DNA of 63,989 nt, filler included, from Fonticula-like sp. SCN 57-25 (taxonomy: Eukaryota), in the NCBI GenBank assembly GCA_001724245.1. It is 8 parts of 8 records of this genome, joined end to end, with 100 filler letters (N's around TTAATTAATTAA, not from the genome) between each part and the next. Parts side by side here need not be neighbours in the genome. Positions count along the whole stretch, not along the records: positions 49,545 to 57,535 come from MEDX01000318.1; positions 57,636 to 63,989 come from MEDX01000457.1; 6 more parts are not named here. One strand, given 5' to 3'. Positions within the stretch are counted from its first letter, which is position 1, and every line of letters starts with the position of its first letter. This document shows positions 49,445-63,989 of the stretch, piece after piece. The position numbers were made by a program, and so were the translations under genes. A model generated the notes under the pieces. The model made no database searches. It worked only from the letters and a program-made list of their open reading frames with translations, and was not told where the DNA came from.

Positions 49445-49544
49445 NNNNNNNNNNNNNNNNNNNNNNNNNNNNNNNNNNNNNNNNNNNNTTAATTAATTAA
49501 NNNNNNNNNNNNNNNNNNNNNNNNNNNNNNNNNNNNNNNNNNNN

Positions 49545-50141
49545 CCTTTAGAATGGACGTTGACTATTCGCCAACTGGCCAGGAGATCGTCACTGGCTCA
49601 TATGACTGCTCGATTCGCCTTTTCCGCGTCGGCGAAGGACACAGCCGCGACATTTACCACGCGCGCCGCATGCAGCGGTACGCTCTGCTGACACACCTAG
49701 CTATGCCCTAACGCCCTTTTTTCATAGTATTTTTGCCGTGCGGTTCAGTATGGACTCAAAGTACGTGCTGGCCGGCAGCGACGACACAAACATTCGTATC
49801 TGGAAGGCGCACGCGGCCGAGAAAATGGGACCGGTTCGCGCCATTTTTTCCCTCTTTTCCCATATTAAATGTTCATTTCTGTGTTCCAGATTGCCACGCG
49901 GGAACGCGCTGCGCTCGAATATGGCGAGACGCTCAAGAAGCGCTTCCAGCACATGCCCGAAGTGCGCCGCATTTCGCGCCACCGTCACGTGCCGCGCGCC
50001 ATCTACAAGGCGGGCCACATCAAGCGCGACATGGAGACGGCCATCAAGACAAAGGAGGACAACCAGAGGCGGCACTCCAAGCCGGGGACGGTGCCGTACC
50101 AGGCGGAGCGCCGCAAGCACATTGTCGCGCAGGAGCAGTAA
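49545..50141 (+). CDS. SOF1: DCAF13/Sof1, 3' partial
   Basis: MDVDYSPTGQEIVTGSYD, GHSRDIYHARRMQ, GSDDTNIRIWKA, PEVRRISRHRHVP. Confidence 0.95.
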
Positions 50142-50283
50142 ATGGCCCTCTTTTTGTATGTGTGTTTTATTTGTTTGCCCTGTAATAGTCTGTGAATATA
50201 CTGCTATGCATACTTTTCCTTTTAGAGCACTGGCAATCACATCTGTATCGGATATGTGTATTCATTTATGATGGTATCAGCGT

Positions 50284-51335
50284 CTACTTGGCGCCCTTTT
50301 CGAGCGTGCGGAGAACCTCCTGCGCAGCGAGCGGGATGCGCGTGCCTATACAAACACGAAAACATTAGTCAAAAAGAACCAAAAAACGCTTCTTTAACTC
50401 TTCGTACCGGGACCAAAGATGGCGGCGGCGCCCGCCTTGTAGAGGAACTCGTAATCCTGCGGCGGAATCACGCCACCCACAATGACGAGCTTGTCGCTGG
50501 CACCGAGCTTTGCGAGCTCGGCCACGAGCGCCGGCACGAGCGTCTTGTGCCCCGCCGCCTGCGACGACACGCCCACAATATGGACATCCGCATCGACCGC
50601 CTGCCTCGCGACCTCCTCCGGCGTCTGGAACAGCGGCCCGACATCGACGTCAAAGCCGAGGTCAGCAAAGCCCGTGGCGATCACCTTGGCGCCGCGATCG
50701 TGCCCGTCCTGCCCCATCTTTGCGACGAGGATGCGCGGGCGGCGGCCCTCCCTGTCGGCGTACGCCTGCACGAGCGCCTGCGTGTCGGTGATCTCGCTCT
50801 CGTCGCCAAACTCGGACTTGTACGCGCCGCTCACGTAGCGCGTCGGCGGCGAGTAGCGGCCCGACGCCTTCTCGACGGCGAACGAGATCTCGCCGACAGT
50901 GCAGCGAGCGCGCGCCGCCTCAATGGCGAGCGCGAGCAGGTTGCCCTCGCCGGTCGAAGCGGCGTTCGAGACGGCCTCGAGCGCCGCCTTGGCCTTGGCG
51001 TCGTCGCGCTCGGCGCGCACCTTGTTGATGCGCGCAATCTGCTTCTCGCGCACGGCAGAGTTGTCAATCGAAAGCACGTCAATGCTCTCCTCCGTCTTGA
51101 GGCGGTACTTGTTCACGCCGACAATCGTCTCCTGAACAGAGTCAATGCGCGCCTGCTTGCGCGCGGCGGCCTCTTCAATGCGCAGCTTGGGCATGCCGCT
51201 CGCGATCGCCTTGGTCATGCCGCCAAGCTCCTCAATCTCGTTGATGATCTTGAGGGCAGCGTCGGCGACCTCGGTCGTGAGCGACTCCATCATGTACGAG
51301 CCGCCCCAGGGGTCGGCGACGCGCGGGATCTGCGC

Positions 51336-51368
<33 letters not shown>

Positions 51369-52970
51369 AATGCGGGCCGAGAACTCGGTCGGGAGGCCGA
51401 CGGCTTCGTCAAGGGCGTTGGTGTGGAGCGACTGAGTGCCGCCGAGCGTGGCGGAAAGGGCCTCGATGGTCGTGCGGATGACGTTGTTGTAGGGGTCCTG
51501 CTCGGTGAGCGAGACGCCAGAGGTCTGGCAGTGAGCGCGGAGAAGGAGCGAGCGAGCGTCCTTGGCGCCGAAGCGCTCCTGGAGAAGCTGCGCCCAGAGG
51601 CGGCGGCCGGCACGCATCTTGGCGATTTCCTGTTGGGGTGGTTAGCGAGAGAGGGGGGAAAAAGTGGGCGAAAATGGACAGAAAAGTACAAAATGAGTCA
51701 AAAAAGGTACAAAAAGGCACCAAAATATTGCAAAACAACACAAAAATGCTTCAAATTTAACATTCACCACCAACGCACCATGAAAAAGTTCATGCCGATG
51801 GCCCAGAAGAACGAAAGGCGCGGCGCAAAGTCGTCAATGTTCATGCCCGTCTTGACACCCGTGCGGCAGTACTCGAGACCGTCGGCAATCGTAAAGGCAA
51901 GCTCGAGAACCGGGTCGGCGCCGGCCTCCTGCATGTGGTAGCCAGAAATGGAAATGCTGTTGTACTTTGGCATTTGCTGCGCTTTTCCGTCAGCAAAACG
52001 CTCAAAACAGACCTTAAATAAGCATATTTCGTACCTTGGCGGTGAAGGAAAAGATGTCGGCAATGATGCGCATCGACATGTCGGGCGGGTAGATGAACGT
52101 GTTGCGGACCATGAACTCCTTAAGAATGTCGTTCTGGATGGTGCCCTTGAGCTCGTCAAGGTTGGCGCCCTGCTCCTGCGCGGCGACAACGTACATGGCG
52201 AGGATGGGGAGAACAGCGCCGTTCATCGTCATCGAAACGGACATTTTGTTGAGCGGGATCCCGTCAAACAAGATCTACATGCGGTGGATCAGCGGAAGAA
52301 AGATCGCGACCGGGATCGCACCTTCATGTCCTCGACAGAGTCGATGGCGACACCGGCCATGCCAACGTCGCCAACCACGCGCGGGTGGTCCGAGTCATAA
52401 CTAGCAAAAAAACACTGTTAGCTCGCAAGCGATCGCGGCATCCCCGCGTACCCGCGGTGAGTGGCGAGATCAAAGGCGACGGAGAGGCCCTGCTGGCCGG
52501 CGGCGAGGTTCTTGCGGTAGAACGCGTTCGACTCCTCGACGGTACTGAAGCCGGCGTACTGGCGGACGGTCCACGGCTTGACCGTGTACATGGTGGCGTG
52601 CGGGCCGCGCGTGTACGGGAACTTGCCGGGAAGCTCGTTCGGGAAGCCGGCGACATCGGCCTGGGTGTACACGGGCTTGACGGCGATGCCCTCGGGCGAG
52701 TTCCACACAAGGTCGCTCACCGCCTTCTTGCCCTTGAGCTCCTTGGTCGCAATCTTGGACCACTCCTGGTCAAGCGGGACGCGAAGCGCGGCCTGGGAAC
52801 AGGTGTCAGAGAGGGATGGCGTCAAATAAGCGCAAAGCATGGATCGTGCGAAATTTTGGTATCGAAAAAAAGACAGGAAAGCATGCAAGAGACGGGCAAA
52901 TATATAGAGAGGAGAGCATGCGTACCGGAGCGCGCGCGGCGAGCCGGCGAGCATTGTGCCAGAAAGCCAT
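50284..52970 (-). CDS. MMUT: Methylmalonyl-CoA mutase (adenosylcobalamin-dependent), mitochondrial, multi-exon
   Basis: [48 protein letters not shown]12 motif [18 protein letters not shown]. Confidence 0.98.
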
Positions 52971-53560
52971 GGCAGATCGAGGCGGGTGGGCAAAAGTCTC
53001 TCTGCTCACGTGATGTGATGATATACGGCCATATGGTATCATACAGCCTTCTGTCGATATAGTCGCGAAGTTATAATACGGGCCGAGGTATGATTTAACT
53101 ATTGCACGCTAAAATGAGGTAGCAGCCAGCAGCACCAGCGCAAGGCCTGGCCGTATGTTCCTGTGTATTTCTATTGTTTTGACAACTGTCGACGTCGGTG
53201 GTTTGAAACCTGAAATGGTGGTGATCAATCTTAGACTAACCGACGCCACCAATCGCAGCCATAAGCAAAATTGCTTACTAGCCGCCGACGGCTAAAGGTG
53301 GGCAAACTATAGCATGTGGCACTGGCCAATTACGTCGACAGCCGCGCAGGATCTTTGTCGGCATCGAACGCATCACCGATTACACAGCCAACGAACACCT
53401 CCCATTGGTCAACACAAATCTTCAAATGTCGTTCCCCGGATAAACGTATATCCGAATCACGCAGAAAATTCATTAATACAATCAAACCATAATTTTGGAA
53501 TTGAATATGTTCCTCAAGTTAAACACGGACCTGTCCATCCAAGGTCGTCAAAAATATGAT

Positions 53561-55907
53561 GGGGAATGTTATTTCCAGGTGACCAATCTTAGTTCCAGGA
53601 TGGCAAAATTTGAAAATTTGTGTCAGCCAATGAACATCCATGGATATAGCTATGCACAGCCCAATCAGCGCACTTGATTCTGCGCAGCAGCATGGACGGC
53701 GGCGACGATGCCGCCATGCCAGAGGAATGGCTCGACGATGCGGCCATGCCAGAGGAATGGTTCGACGATGCGCTTGAGGGAGAAGAGTCCCCTCCACCAA
53801 ATGACGATTTGGACGAAGCGGATCTGCCTGCGGCCGCGGCCGCGGAAGCCGCTTTTACTACCCAGGTTGACGGCGAAGGCTTCCAGTCGCGCCAAGAGCT
53901 GTTGAACTTTGCGCAGACGAGGGCGCGCTACAGCGGGTTTGCAGTGAGCATTACCAGCTCAAAGCACGACAGAGTTTTTCTGGCGTGTTCCCGTGGTGGC
54001 AGCTACCGGAACCGCCTTGGTCTGTCTGAAAATCAACGCCGACGCCGGACGGGCTCCAAAAAGGACGGTTGCGGATTTACCCTCCGCGGCCAACTAGTGA
54101 ACCGTCTCTGGAGGTTGACTACCACCAACGACACGCACAACCACCCACCGGCTCGTTCGCAGGATGCAGACCCCAGGCACCGCCGCATACCCGAAGCGGG
54201 CCGCCGCACGGTAGCGGAGATGACGAACAGTGGCGTGCGCCCGGCGGCCATTCTCAGCACGCTTCGCCGCTCCTTTCCGAACAGCCTGGTGACGGACAGA
54301 GAAGTGTACAACGAACGCAGGCGTATCCGCGACGAACAGATCGGTGGCCGCACCCCTGTCCAAGCACTGCTCGATGACCTTCTAGAGCTCGGCCATTTTG
54401 CTCGTTTCGAGACGGACGCGAACAACGCCATAACGCACTTGCTCTTCACGACCTCTCAGTCTGTGAATTTGGCGGCCCAGTTTGGAAGCGTCCTTTTCAT
54501 GGACTGCACATACAAGTCCAACCGCTACGGAATGCCGCTGCTGGATATTGTTGGTGCAACGAACAACAACGATACTTTTTTTGTGGCGGGAGTGTTCCTC
54601 CGCAGCGAGACGGCCGAGGACTATCTTTGGGCAATGCGCGCTCTTTCCCAGCTGATCAATTTCCAGCCGCGCGTTATTGTGACTGACCGAGAACTCGCCC
54701 TCATCAACGCGCTGGAGCTCATCTGGCCTAACGCGCGCCTGTTTTTGTGTCGCTGGCACATTAACAAGAACGTCCTTGCGAACTGCAAGCAGCTTTTTCC
54801 CAACAATGACCATTGGGAGGCATTTTACGCGGCGTGGCACGACATTGTCCAAGCACGTACTCCCGACGTGTACACGCAAAGGTGGGAGGCCTTCCAGGCG
54901 ACGTACGCGCACCTCAACCCCACGCTGCGGTACTTGCACAACACGTGGCTGCAGTACAAGGAGCGTTTTGTCGCCGCGTGGACCGACAACGTGCGGCACT
55001 ACAACGCAACAGTGACGTCCCGTGTGGAGGGAGCTCACCACATGCTGAAGGACTATATCGGCAGCTCCACCGGCGACGTCCACAGAGTCGTGCATCGCAT
55101 GCTCGACGCCATCGCCAACCACGCTTCGAGGATTTCGACGAAGCTGGGGCGCGATGGCCAACGGCATATGCACATGCCGAACGCGGCGTTTTGGCAACAG
55201 GTATATTCCTTCATGATACAGTTTTCAATGATTTCTTACGCTCAGAATAGATTCAGACTCGCATCACCAAGTTCGCCCTCTTCAAGATGCGTGACGAGTA
55301 CACCAAGGTACAGCGCGCCAACTTCATGCGCGAGGAGCTCGCCGCTTGCACTGGGTACCACCGCAATGTACTTGGCCTTCCTTGCGCACACACGCTCTCT
55401 CTGCGGCTGCGTCAGGGCGGCGTCGTGCAGATGGCCGACATCGACCCTCACTGGCACCTAAGGGGTGCAGTTGTTCAGCCGATGGTACAAGAGCCCATTG
55501 CGCGGGTGCCACTTGGGCGCCCTGGAAACGCACCTAGGCTGGAGTTGCGCCACGAGCGGGTGGAGCGCCAGCTTGCACAGGAAGCGCGCCGGAATGCTCG
55601 CCACTGTGGCATCTGCCGTGTGGCGGGCCACACCAGAGCAACATGCCCGCAGCGTTAATGCCCCTCGCCCATCCCATCTCGACGACACACTACCTTTTTC
55701 TTTATATTCCCTCCATTCTCCAACCGTGTCCAACGCTATCATCGCTCGTCGTTAGTAGACCTGCAGACCACAGCATGACAGTACCTATCATCCTTCTTTG
55801 CCCTGTCACTGTTGATTCGAAAAATAAACAACGCTCATTGGCTGACACAAATTTTCAAATTTTGCCATCCTGGAACTAAGATTGGTCACCTGGAAATAAC
55901 ATTCCCC
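53561..55907 (+). mobile_element. Mutator-like (MULE) DNA transposon, 2347 bp, perfect 73-bp TIRs
   Basis: TIR 53561-53633 (GGGGAATGTTATTTCCAGG...CAGCCAATGA) is the exact reverse complement of 55835-55907; encloses the transposase. Confidence 0.95.
53692..55658 (+). CDS. MULE transposase (FAR1-like DBD, DDE, SWIM, CCHC knuckle); intron 55201-55250
   Basis: CSRGG..SKKDGCGF..HNH; MDCTYKSNRY; VTDRELAL; LCRWHINKN; TSRVEGAH; CTG..GLPCAH; CGICRVAGHTRATC. Confidence 0.95.
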
Positions 55908-55930
55908 GAAAATCGATAGAGGAACAAATT

Positions 55931-56132
55931 CTATGGAGGACCTGGCTGTTCAGAATCCAGCTAAAAATGAACCTTGATTGTAAACTTGAATTTTATGACG
56001 GATTCGGATATACGAAACGCGAAAGAGTCACAGAGGACCAGGTCCTCTGTTCCGTCCGAATCGCTCATAAAATTCAAGTTTACAATCAAGTTGCATTTTC
56101 GGCGTGGTTTCGACACAGCAGGTCCTCTACAG
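55931..56132. repeat. ~200-bp imperfect inverted repeat (hairpin)
   Basis: Perfect 26-bp arms at 55973-55998 and 56065-56090, extended imperfect pairing outwards, nested palindrome ACAGAGGACC-A-GGTCCTCTGT at 56030-56050. Confidence 0.85.
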
Positions 56133-56453
56133 GTTGACGTAAGCACCGCTGTGCAAAACAACGGCGGTAAAAACTAGATTTGACTTTCAAGGCAATCTTT
56201 TCGCACTCCGGCAAGGGACTGCCGGCAGATAGCCAATACCGCGCCTTGGTTCTCATGCGGTGCCGCCTTTGTATCATTTGTCGATAGGAAAACAGGCGCA
56301 GCGCGTTCCTCTTTTCCCTCGCGACCGCACAGCGATCGTCCGATCAGAGCAGCGTCCGCTCGTCGTCGCAATCTGCGTCGAACGATTTATACGACTAGGT
56401 AGGGAGGGCCTCGCCGTCATTGTGTGCCGCTTTCTGTGCTCCTAGACCAGACG

Positions 56454-57104
56454 ATGGCACTAGTGGAGGCAACGCACGTCTGCATTGACATTCATGTGTA
56501 TGCCAAGCCGGGCGCCATTCGCCACACTGGATTCTTCTTTACTGTCAGAGATGAAGGTGTCCGTTCGATGGGAGATTGGTATCGAGCCGACTATGGGCCT
56601 CATCCCGAAACACCGTACAACTTGTTTGCGTCTTCGAACTCCTCGTCATCGTCACTCTCAACCTCTGTTTCGAGATCTGTGTCATCCTCCTTTGGGGTGC
56701 CCTCCTCTAGCGGGCGTATGTTGCAGAAAATTGTGGACGTTGAAAGCGTATTGAAAAAGGAGGCTTACCGTTTTGTGTATGTGACTGCTGTGCGGTTTGG
56801 CAAGGGCACTTGGATGTCCGAGGTGGAGACACTGTTTTATAAGGATCCGAACCACTACGCGTTGACCGACGAAAATTGCCGCAAGCATTGTAAGGAGGTG
56901 TTTGGACGGCTTGCCGCAAGCGGGTATCCTGTTTCAGAGCAAGCCCAGAAGCTTATCCGAGATGTTGTGCGTGAGGATTTTACTGGTGCCGTCGTTGGAG
57001 TTGGAATTACTGTCATTACGGCTCTCGCTCTGTTTCGCTCGGCCGCCTTGGCGTTCAGCCGTGACGAGGACAATTCCGAGGAAGAGGAGACCTCCTCAAA
57101 ATGA
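56454..57104 (+). CDS. Intronless permuted papain-like (PPPDE/LRAT-type) protein with C-terminal TM
   Basis: Early His (RHTGF) and late YALTDENCRKH catalytic-type motif; hydrophobic AVVGVGITVITALALF. Confidence 0.6.
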   Translation: MALVEATHVCIDIHVYAKPGAIRHTGFFFTVRDEGVRSMGDWYRADYGPHPETPYNLFASSNSSSSSLSTSVSRSVSSSFGVPSSSGRMLQKIVDVESVLKKEAYRFVYVTAVRFGKGTWMSEVETLFYKDPNHYALTDENCRKHCKEVFGRLAASGYPVSEQAQKLIRDVVREDFTGAVVGVGITVITALALFRSAALAFSRDEDNSEEEETSSK

Positions 57105-57366
57105 TATTGAATTTTATTTGTTTCCTCATGGAGTTGTATCTTTTGTATGGCTGATACTGCTCTTTTCGTGTTTTCGCATCCCTCTGAGCAGCCGCGACAC
57201 CACTTTTTTCACCAATATCTATCTTTCCCTTTCCCAGAATATAGTGTACTGTAGCAGCCTCGACAAAGTGACACACATATAATGCTGATACTTTATTCAA
57301 AAATGCGTACAAAACGAATGTTTACAAGCTGAATGCGAAATTATTACTTTAAATTCATTAAATCCC

Positions 57367-57535
57367 TCACCTTGTCTTGTACTTGTCATCCATCTCGAGC
57401 TTTGTCACCGGCGACAGCGCATTCCTCGCCCCCATGATCGTCCTCGAGATCGCATCCGTCGTCCCAATCACCGGGTGCAGCACCGCCGTCGGCAGCGCGC
57501 GCACAAAGTACCGCGCCGCGCCGCCCGCCCCCTCG
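57367..57535 (-). CDS. ATG2: ATG2 C-terminus, 3' partial
   Basis: RALPTAVLHPVIGTTDAISRTIMGARNALSP...MDDKYK matches the ATG2 C-terminal pattern. Confidence 0.8.
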
Positions 57536-57635
57536 NNNNNNNNNNNNNNNNNNNNNNNNNNNNNNNNNNNNNNNNNNNNTTAATTAATTAANNNNNNNNN
57601 NNNNNNNNNNNNNNNNNNNNNNNNNNNNNNNNNNN

Positions 57636-57949
57636 GCCGCGCGCGTCTCGGTAGACAGCGGCGGAGGAGACGCAACATCAACAGCGCCGCCAGTTGGACG
57701 GAAGGACCGGACAACGTCGGCCGGGATGTGCTCGGCGAGGCCGACGTCGGGGAGATCGAGGCGAAAGCCAGGAGACGAGCCGGGTGACAGGCAAACATAC
57801 GTGCGGAGGCCGAGGCTCAGTGCAACAGCAGTCTATACACGCATTTAGTACACGCCATACACAACAAACATGTGGCATACACAGCCGTGCACAACTGCAT
57901 GCTCGCCGCACAGGATCACCTTGCCGGGCGCCCCAACGCAAACCCGCAT
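57636..57949 (-). CDS. MVK: Mevalonate kinase, 5' partial
   Basis: MRVCVGAPGKVILCGEHAVVHG GHMP-kinase N-terminal motif. Confidence 0.85.
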
Positions 57950-58072
57950 CGCTGCCAGGCACCGCAAAGTGGCGCCACAATGTCACGTGAGCTGTATTGA
58001 CAATGGGTGAAAAGATGACACATGGTTACGGTATCGATACGGTTGCTGTTTGGTTGGGTCCCACATCTCGAG

Positions 58073-58625
58073 ATGCTCAAGCCCAAGCTTTTCCCGCAGG
58101 TGCTGGAGCAGGCCAACACTGATGGCGTCGTGTGCAGCATGTACGGCGTTGATAGTTCTTGTTGTTTTTTTGTGTCTTATGATTTAATTGGTATCAGGGT
58201 GACGACGACGGAGGGCGCCATGATTGCGTACGCCGGCGACAAGAATGAAAAGGAGGTGGCCGCCATCTCGGCGAGCGTGTTTTCTGCCTATGAAAAGCTC
58301 GCACGGTCGGTTGGCGAGGAGGACGTCGAATTCTTTATTATCAACAACGAGGTACGCTTTTGCCCCCGTTTGTTTTATTTTGTCTCTCTTTGTTTGTTTC
58401 GTTCATCCCGCTAAACATGCGCCCCAGAACGGTCGCGTCGCCGTCGTGAGGCTGACGCGCTTCCTGCTGTGCCTCGTCGCGCAAAACTCTGTGGAGCTCG
58501 GCATGCTAAAGTCAAAGGTGCGCCCCTTTTCTTTGTTCATTCTCTTTTCTCACGCCGCATCCCAGGCGACGACGGTCGGCAGCTACCTCGGTGGATGGCT
58601 CAAGCAGGTCGCCGTGCCTAGCTAA
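58073..58625 (+). CDS. LAMTOR2: Ragulator subunit LAMTOR2 (roadblock), 4 exons
   Basis: MLKPK..QVLEQANTDGV, EGAMIAYAG, AAISASVFSAY, GRVAV..FLLCL..GMLKSK. Confidence 0.9.
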
Positions 58626-58757
58626 GCTCCCCTTAATACCCCCCCTTGTACAGTGTCTTTCAACATCGTTTCGACAATTACTAGCTATTTGTAATCACAT
58701 TGACTGTACAGAAGGTGTCTAGCCGGCGCGCCGCTGCGTGCCGTGCGGCGCTGTTCA

Positions 58758-62102
<3,345 letters not shown>

Positions 62103-62357
62103 GTCGTCTGGGTCTCTCCACGGCACCGATGCAAACTGACCCGCAAACTGAATCCAATCCGGGGTAGAATCCTCCCTTGGCGTCATCTTGCAAGGGTCAC
62201 GGAGGAGATTGTGTGGGGGAGGAATACTACGACCGCGTGTTTTTAGCGCCAAGTGGACAAGGTCACATAATTGATATGTCTATGTACATTACAAGTCAAT
62301 AATAACAGATTCTGAATCCATGTATAAATACGAAAACGGCGCTCTATCTTGCGCCTC

Positions 62358-63532
62358 TTACCGCGCCCGCTGCGGGTCCTACGATGGTGCGTCAGTCCCG
62401 CGTAACCTCAATTTAGTGTGCGTACCCACGTGTCCATTGAGTCGTGAACGCGTACCGCCCACTTTAGCGTGTCGGCCCACTCTGTCGGGAACACGGCTGC
62501 GTCACCCCGTCAGTATTTCATAATACTGACCAATTATATTCCCGCGTACCCTTGACGACCCCCGCGAGCCAGAGGTGCGCTGGCAGCAACACCATCACCT
62601 GCTCCTTTTGAATCGCTTCAATAACACGCGCAGCCACATGGCGCGGCGTGAGCGACGTGTACGCCGTACCGGGGTTGTACCCCTTGAAAAGGTCGGTAGT
62701 GACGTGCGCCGGGCACACGCACGTGGTGCGCACGCCCGACACACCTTGCTTAAGCAGCTCGCCGCGCAGAGACTCTTCAAGGCCGACGACGGCAAACTTG
62801 CTCGCGCAGTAGTCGACCATGCGGGCGGCGCCGTGCATGCCGGCGACCGACGCGACAAAGACGAGATGGCCTTCATTGCGAGCGATCATGAGGGGAAGGA
62901 ACGCCTTGCTCACCCAAAAGTGCGAAAGAACATTCACGTCAAAGGTGCGCCGGATGCTGCACTCGGGCGTCTCGAGAAGGTAGCGGCCCGTAACAATGCC
63001 CTGAGGTGTGTCAGCAGGGGGCCAAAAAACGAAAATACGCACAGCATTGTTAACGACCGCGTGGACGAACCCGACCTCTTCCAGCGTGCGCTTCGCCGCC
63101 GCGTAGACCGCGTCCGCGTCTGCCACATCCACTCGCAGGCCAAACACGCGCCTCGACGGGAAGCTGTTGGCCACCTCGCCCAGCGTCACATTCAGACGCG
63201 CCTCGTCAATGTCCCACAAAACGATCTGTGATCCAAAAAAAGCACGAATAATAAGCAATCTGTAATAAAGAAGCCATATAGAGTAGTAAAGTGACGCACA
63301 TTGCAACCGCGGCGACCGGCTTCAAAGGCGATCTCGCGGCCGATTCCCGACGCTCCACCGGTGATCACAATCGTCTTGTGAGCCAGGCTCTTTCTCCGCT
63401 TTACTAATAACGGCATTAGCGATTGGCCAATGCAGCTGTACCCTACGCACATAAACGGCTCACGTGATGCAGAATGGCGATGAGGAAAAAGCGCCCCGTC
63501 CATGTCTGGAGGAGCCACCTCCAAAACGCCAT
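62358..63532 (-). CDS. Short-chain dehydrogenase/reductase (SDR16C/RDH10-like), multi-exon
   Basis: VITGGASGIGRE, VNNA|GIV, FDVNVLSHFW..AFLP.M, YCASKFAVVG. Confidence 0.92.
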
Positions 63533-63570
63533 CGACCGGTTTTGACGCCGCCGGCTGAAGTAGATAGATA

Positions 63571-63613
63571 TCACGTGATTACTAACGTGTATCACGTGAC
63601 CGTATTCACGTGA
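63571..63613. promoter_or_regulatory. Three TCACGTGA E-boxes in the SDR/XPF bidirectional promoter
   Basis: TCACGTGA at 63571, 63592 and 63606 within the 89 bp between divergent ATGs. Confidence 0.65.
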
Positions 63614-63621
63614 CCAGCGCG

Positions 63622-63989
63622 ATGGCGCCGCGGTCGCGCACCGAGGTCGACTTTCACCGCCAGATTGTGACGGACCTCGTGACCGAGGACGCGCTTCTTG
63701 TTCTAGCGCGTGGTCTCGGCGCGCGCAGCATTGTCCGTTTACTTGTCCAGACATACGCGTCAACCACCAACCTTGTCTTTGTTATCAATGCCACCAATGA
63801 CGAGCGTGCGGCCATCATCGAGGAGCTCGGCGTGCTTGAAGTCGACCCGCTCCCGCTTGTCATCGATGCCGACGTGAGCGTCGCCGGACGCGTTGCGTTA
63901 TACGCTCAGCGTGGTATATTCTTTATCACGGCGCGGATCCTCGTCGTCGACATGCTGTGCGGGCGCGTCCCCTTGGACGCCGTCACCGG
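63622..63989 (+). CDS. ERCC4: DNA repair endonuclease XPF (ERCC4/Rad1), 5' partial
   Basis: FHRQIV..EDALLVLARGLG, RVALYAQRGIFFITARILVVDML. Confidence 0.9.
   Translation, partial: MAPRSRTEVDFHRQIVTDLVTEDALLVLARGLGARSIVRLLVQTYASTTNLVFVINATNDERAAIIEELGVLEVDPLPLVIDADVSVAGRVALYAQRGIFFITARILVVDMLCGRVPLDAVT

Noticed and set aside
50256-51941. Long antisense ORFs (for example 561 aa opposite MMUT and several opposite RalGAP)
   Set aside because: Shadow ORFs produced by high-GC3 codon bias on the coding strand
53020-53100. GGTATCATAC/GGTATGAT motifs resembling the palindrome at 19808
   Set aside because: Matches are too short to establish a shared element
55201-55250. Transposase intron starting GTATATTCCTT, resembling a U12 donor
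   Set aside because: Does not match GTATCCTT and lacks a U12 branch site; treated as a U2 intron

Overview
Eukaryotic, GC-rich, gene-dense DNA with many short spliceosomal introns (5' sites mostly GTACG/GTGCG, CTGAC/CTAAC/TTGAC branch points). It is not one locus: eight ~8 kb contigs are joined by artificial 100-nt linkers (N-run + TTAATTAATTAA + N-run), so adjacency across linkers means nothing. The gene set (RalGAP-alpha, LAMTOR2, B12-dependent methylmalonyl-CoA mutase, PB1-MAP3K, an ETR1-type histidine kinase) suggests a unicellular opisthokont-grade protist or early-diverging fungus; this is inference. Most genes are housekeeping (SSL1, RACK1, PLK, SmB, ClpP, DSK2, KDSR, DPP4, XPF), plus 4 tRNA genes, an intact Mutator-like transposon with perfect 73-bp TIRs and a 631-bp non-autonomous TIR element. 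Most interesting: (1) a plant ETR1-like ethylene receptor kinase with an extra N-terminal signal-peptide-led domain; (2) an accessory contig with two multi-domain glycosyltransferases (GT4+GT2-like; GT8+GT32-like+pyruvyltransferase-like); (3) a RAD51AP1-like protein; (4) TCACGTGA motifs in very compact bidirectional promoters; (5) a tRNA-Thr with a mismatched or bulged acceptor stem; (6) a ~200-bp hairpin next to the MULE. All calls come from reading and motif recall; no database searches were run, and exon boundaries are approximate.
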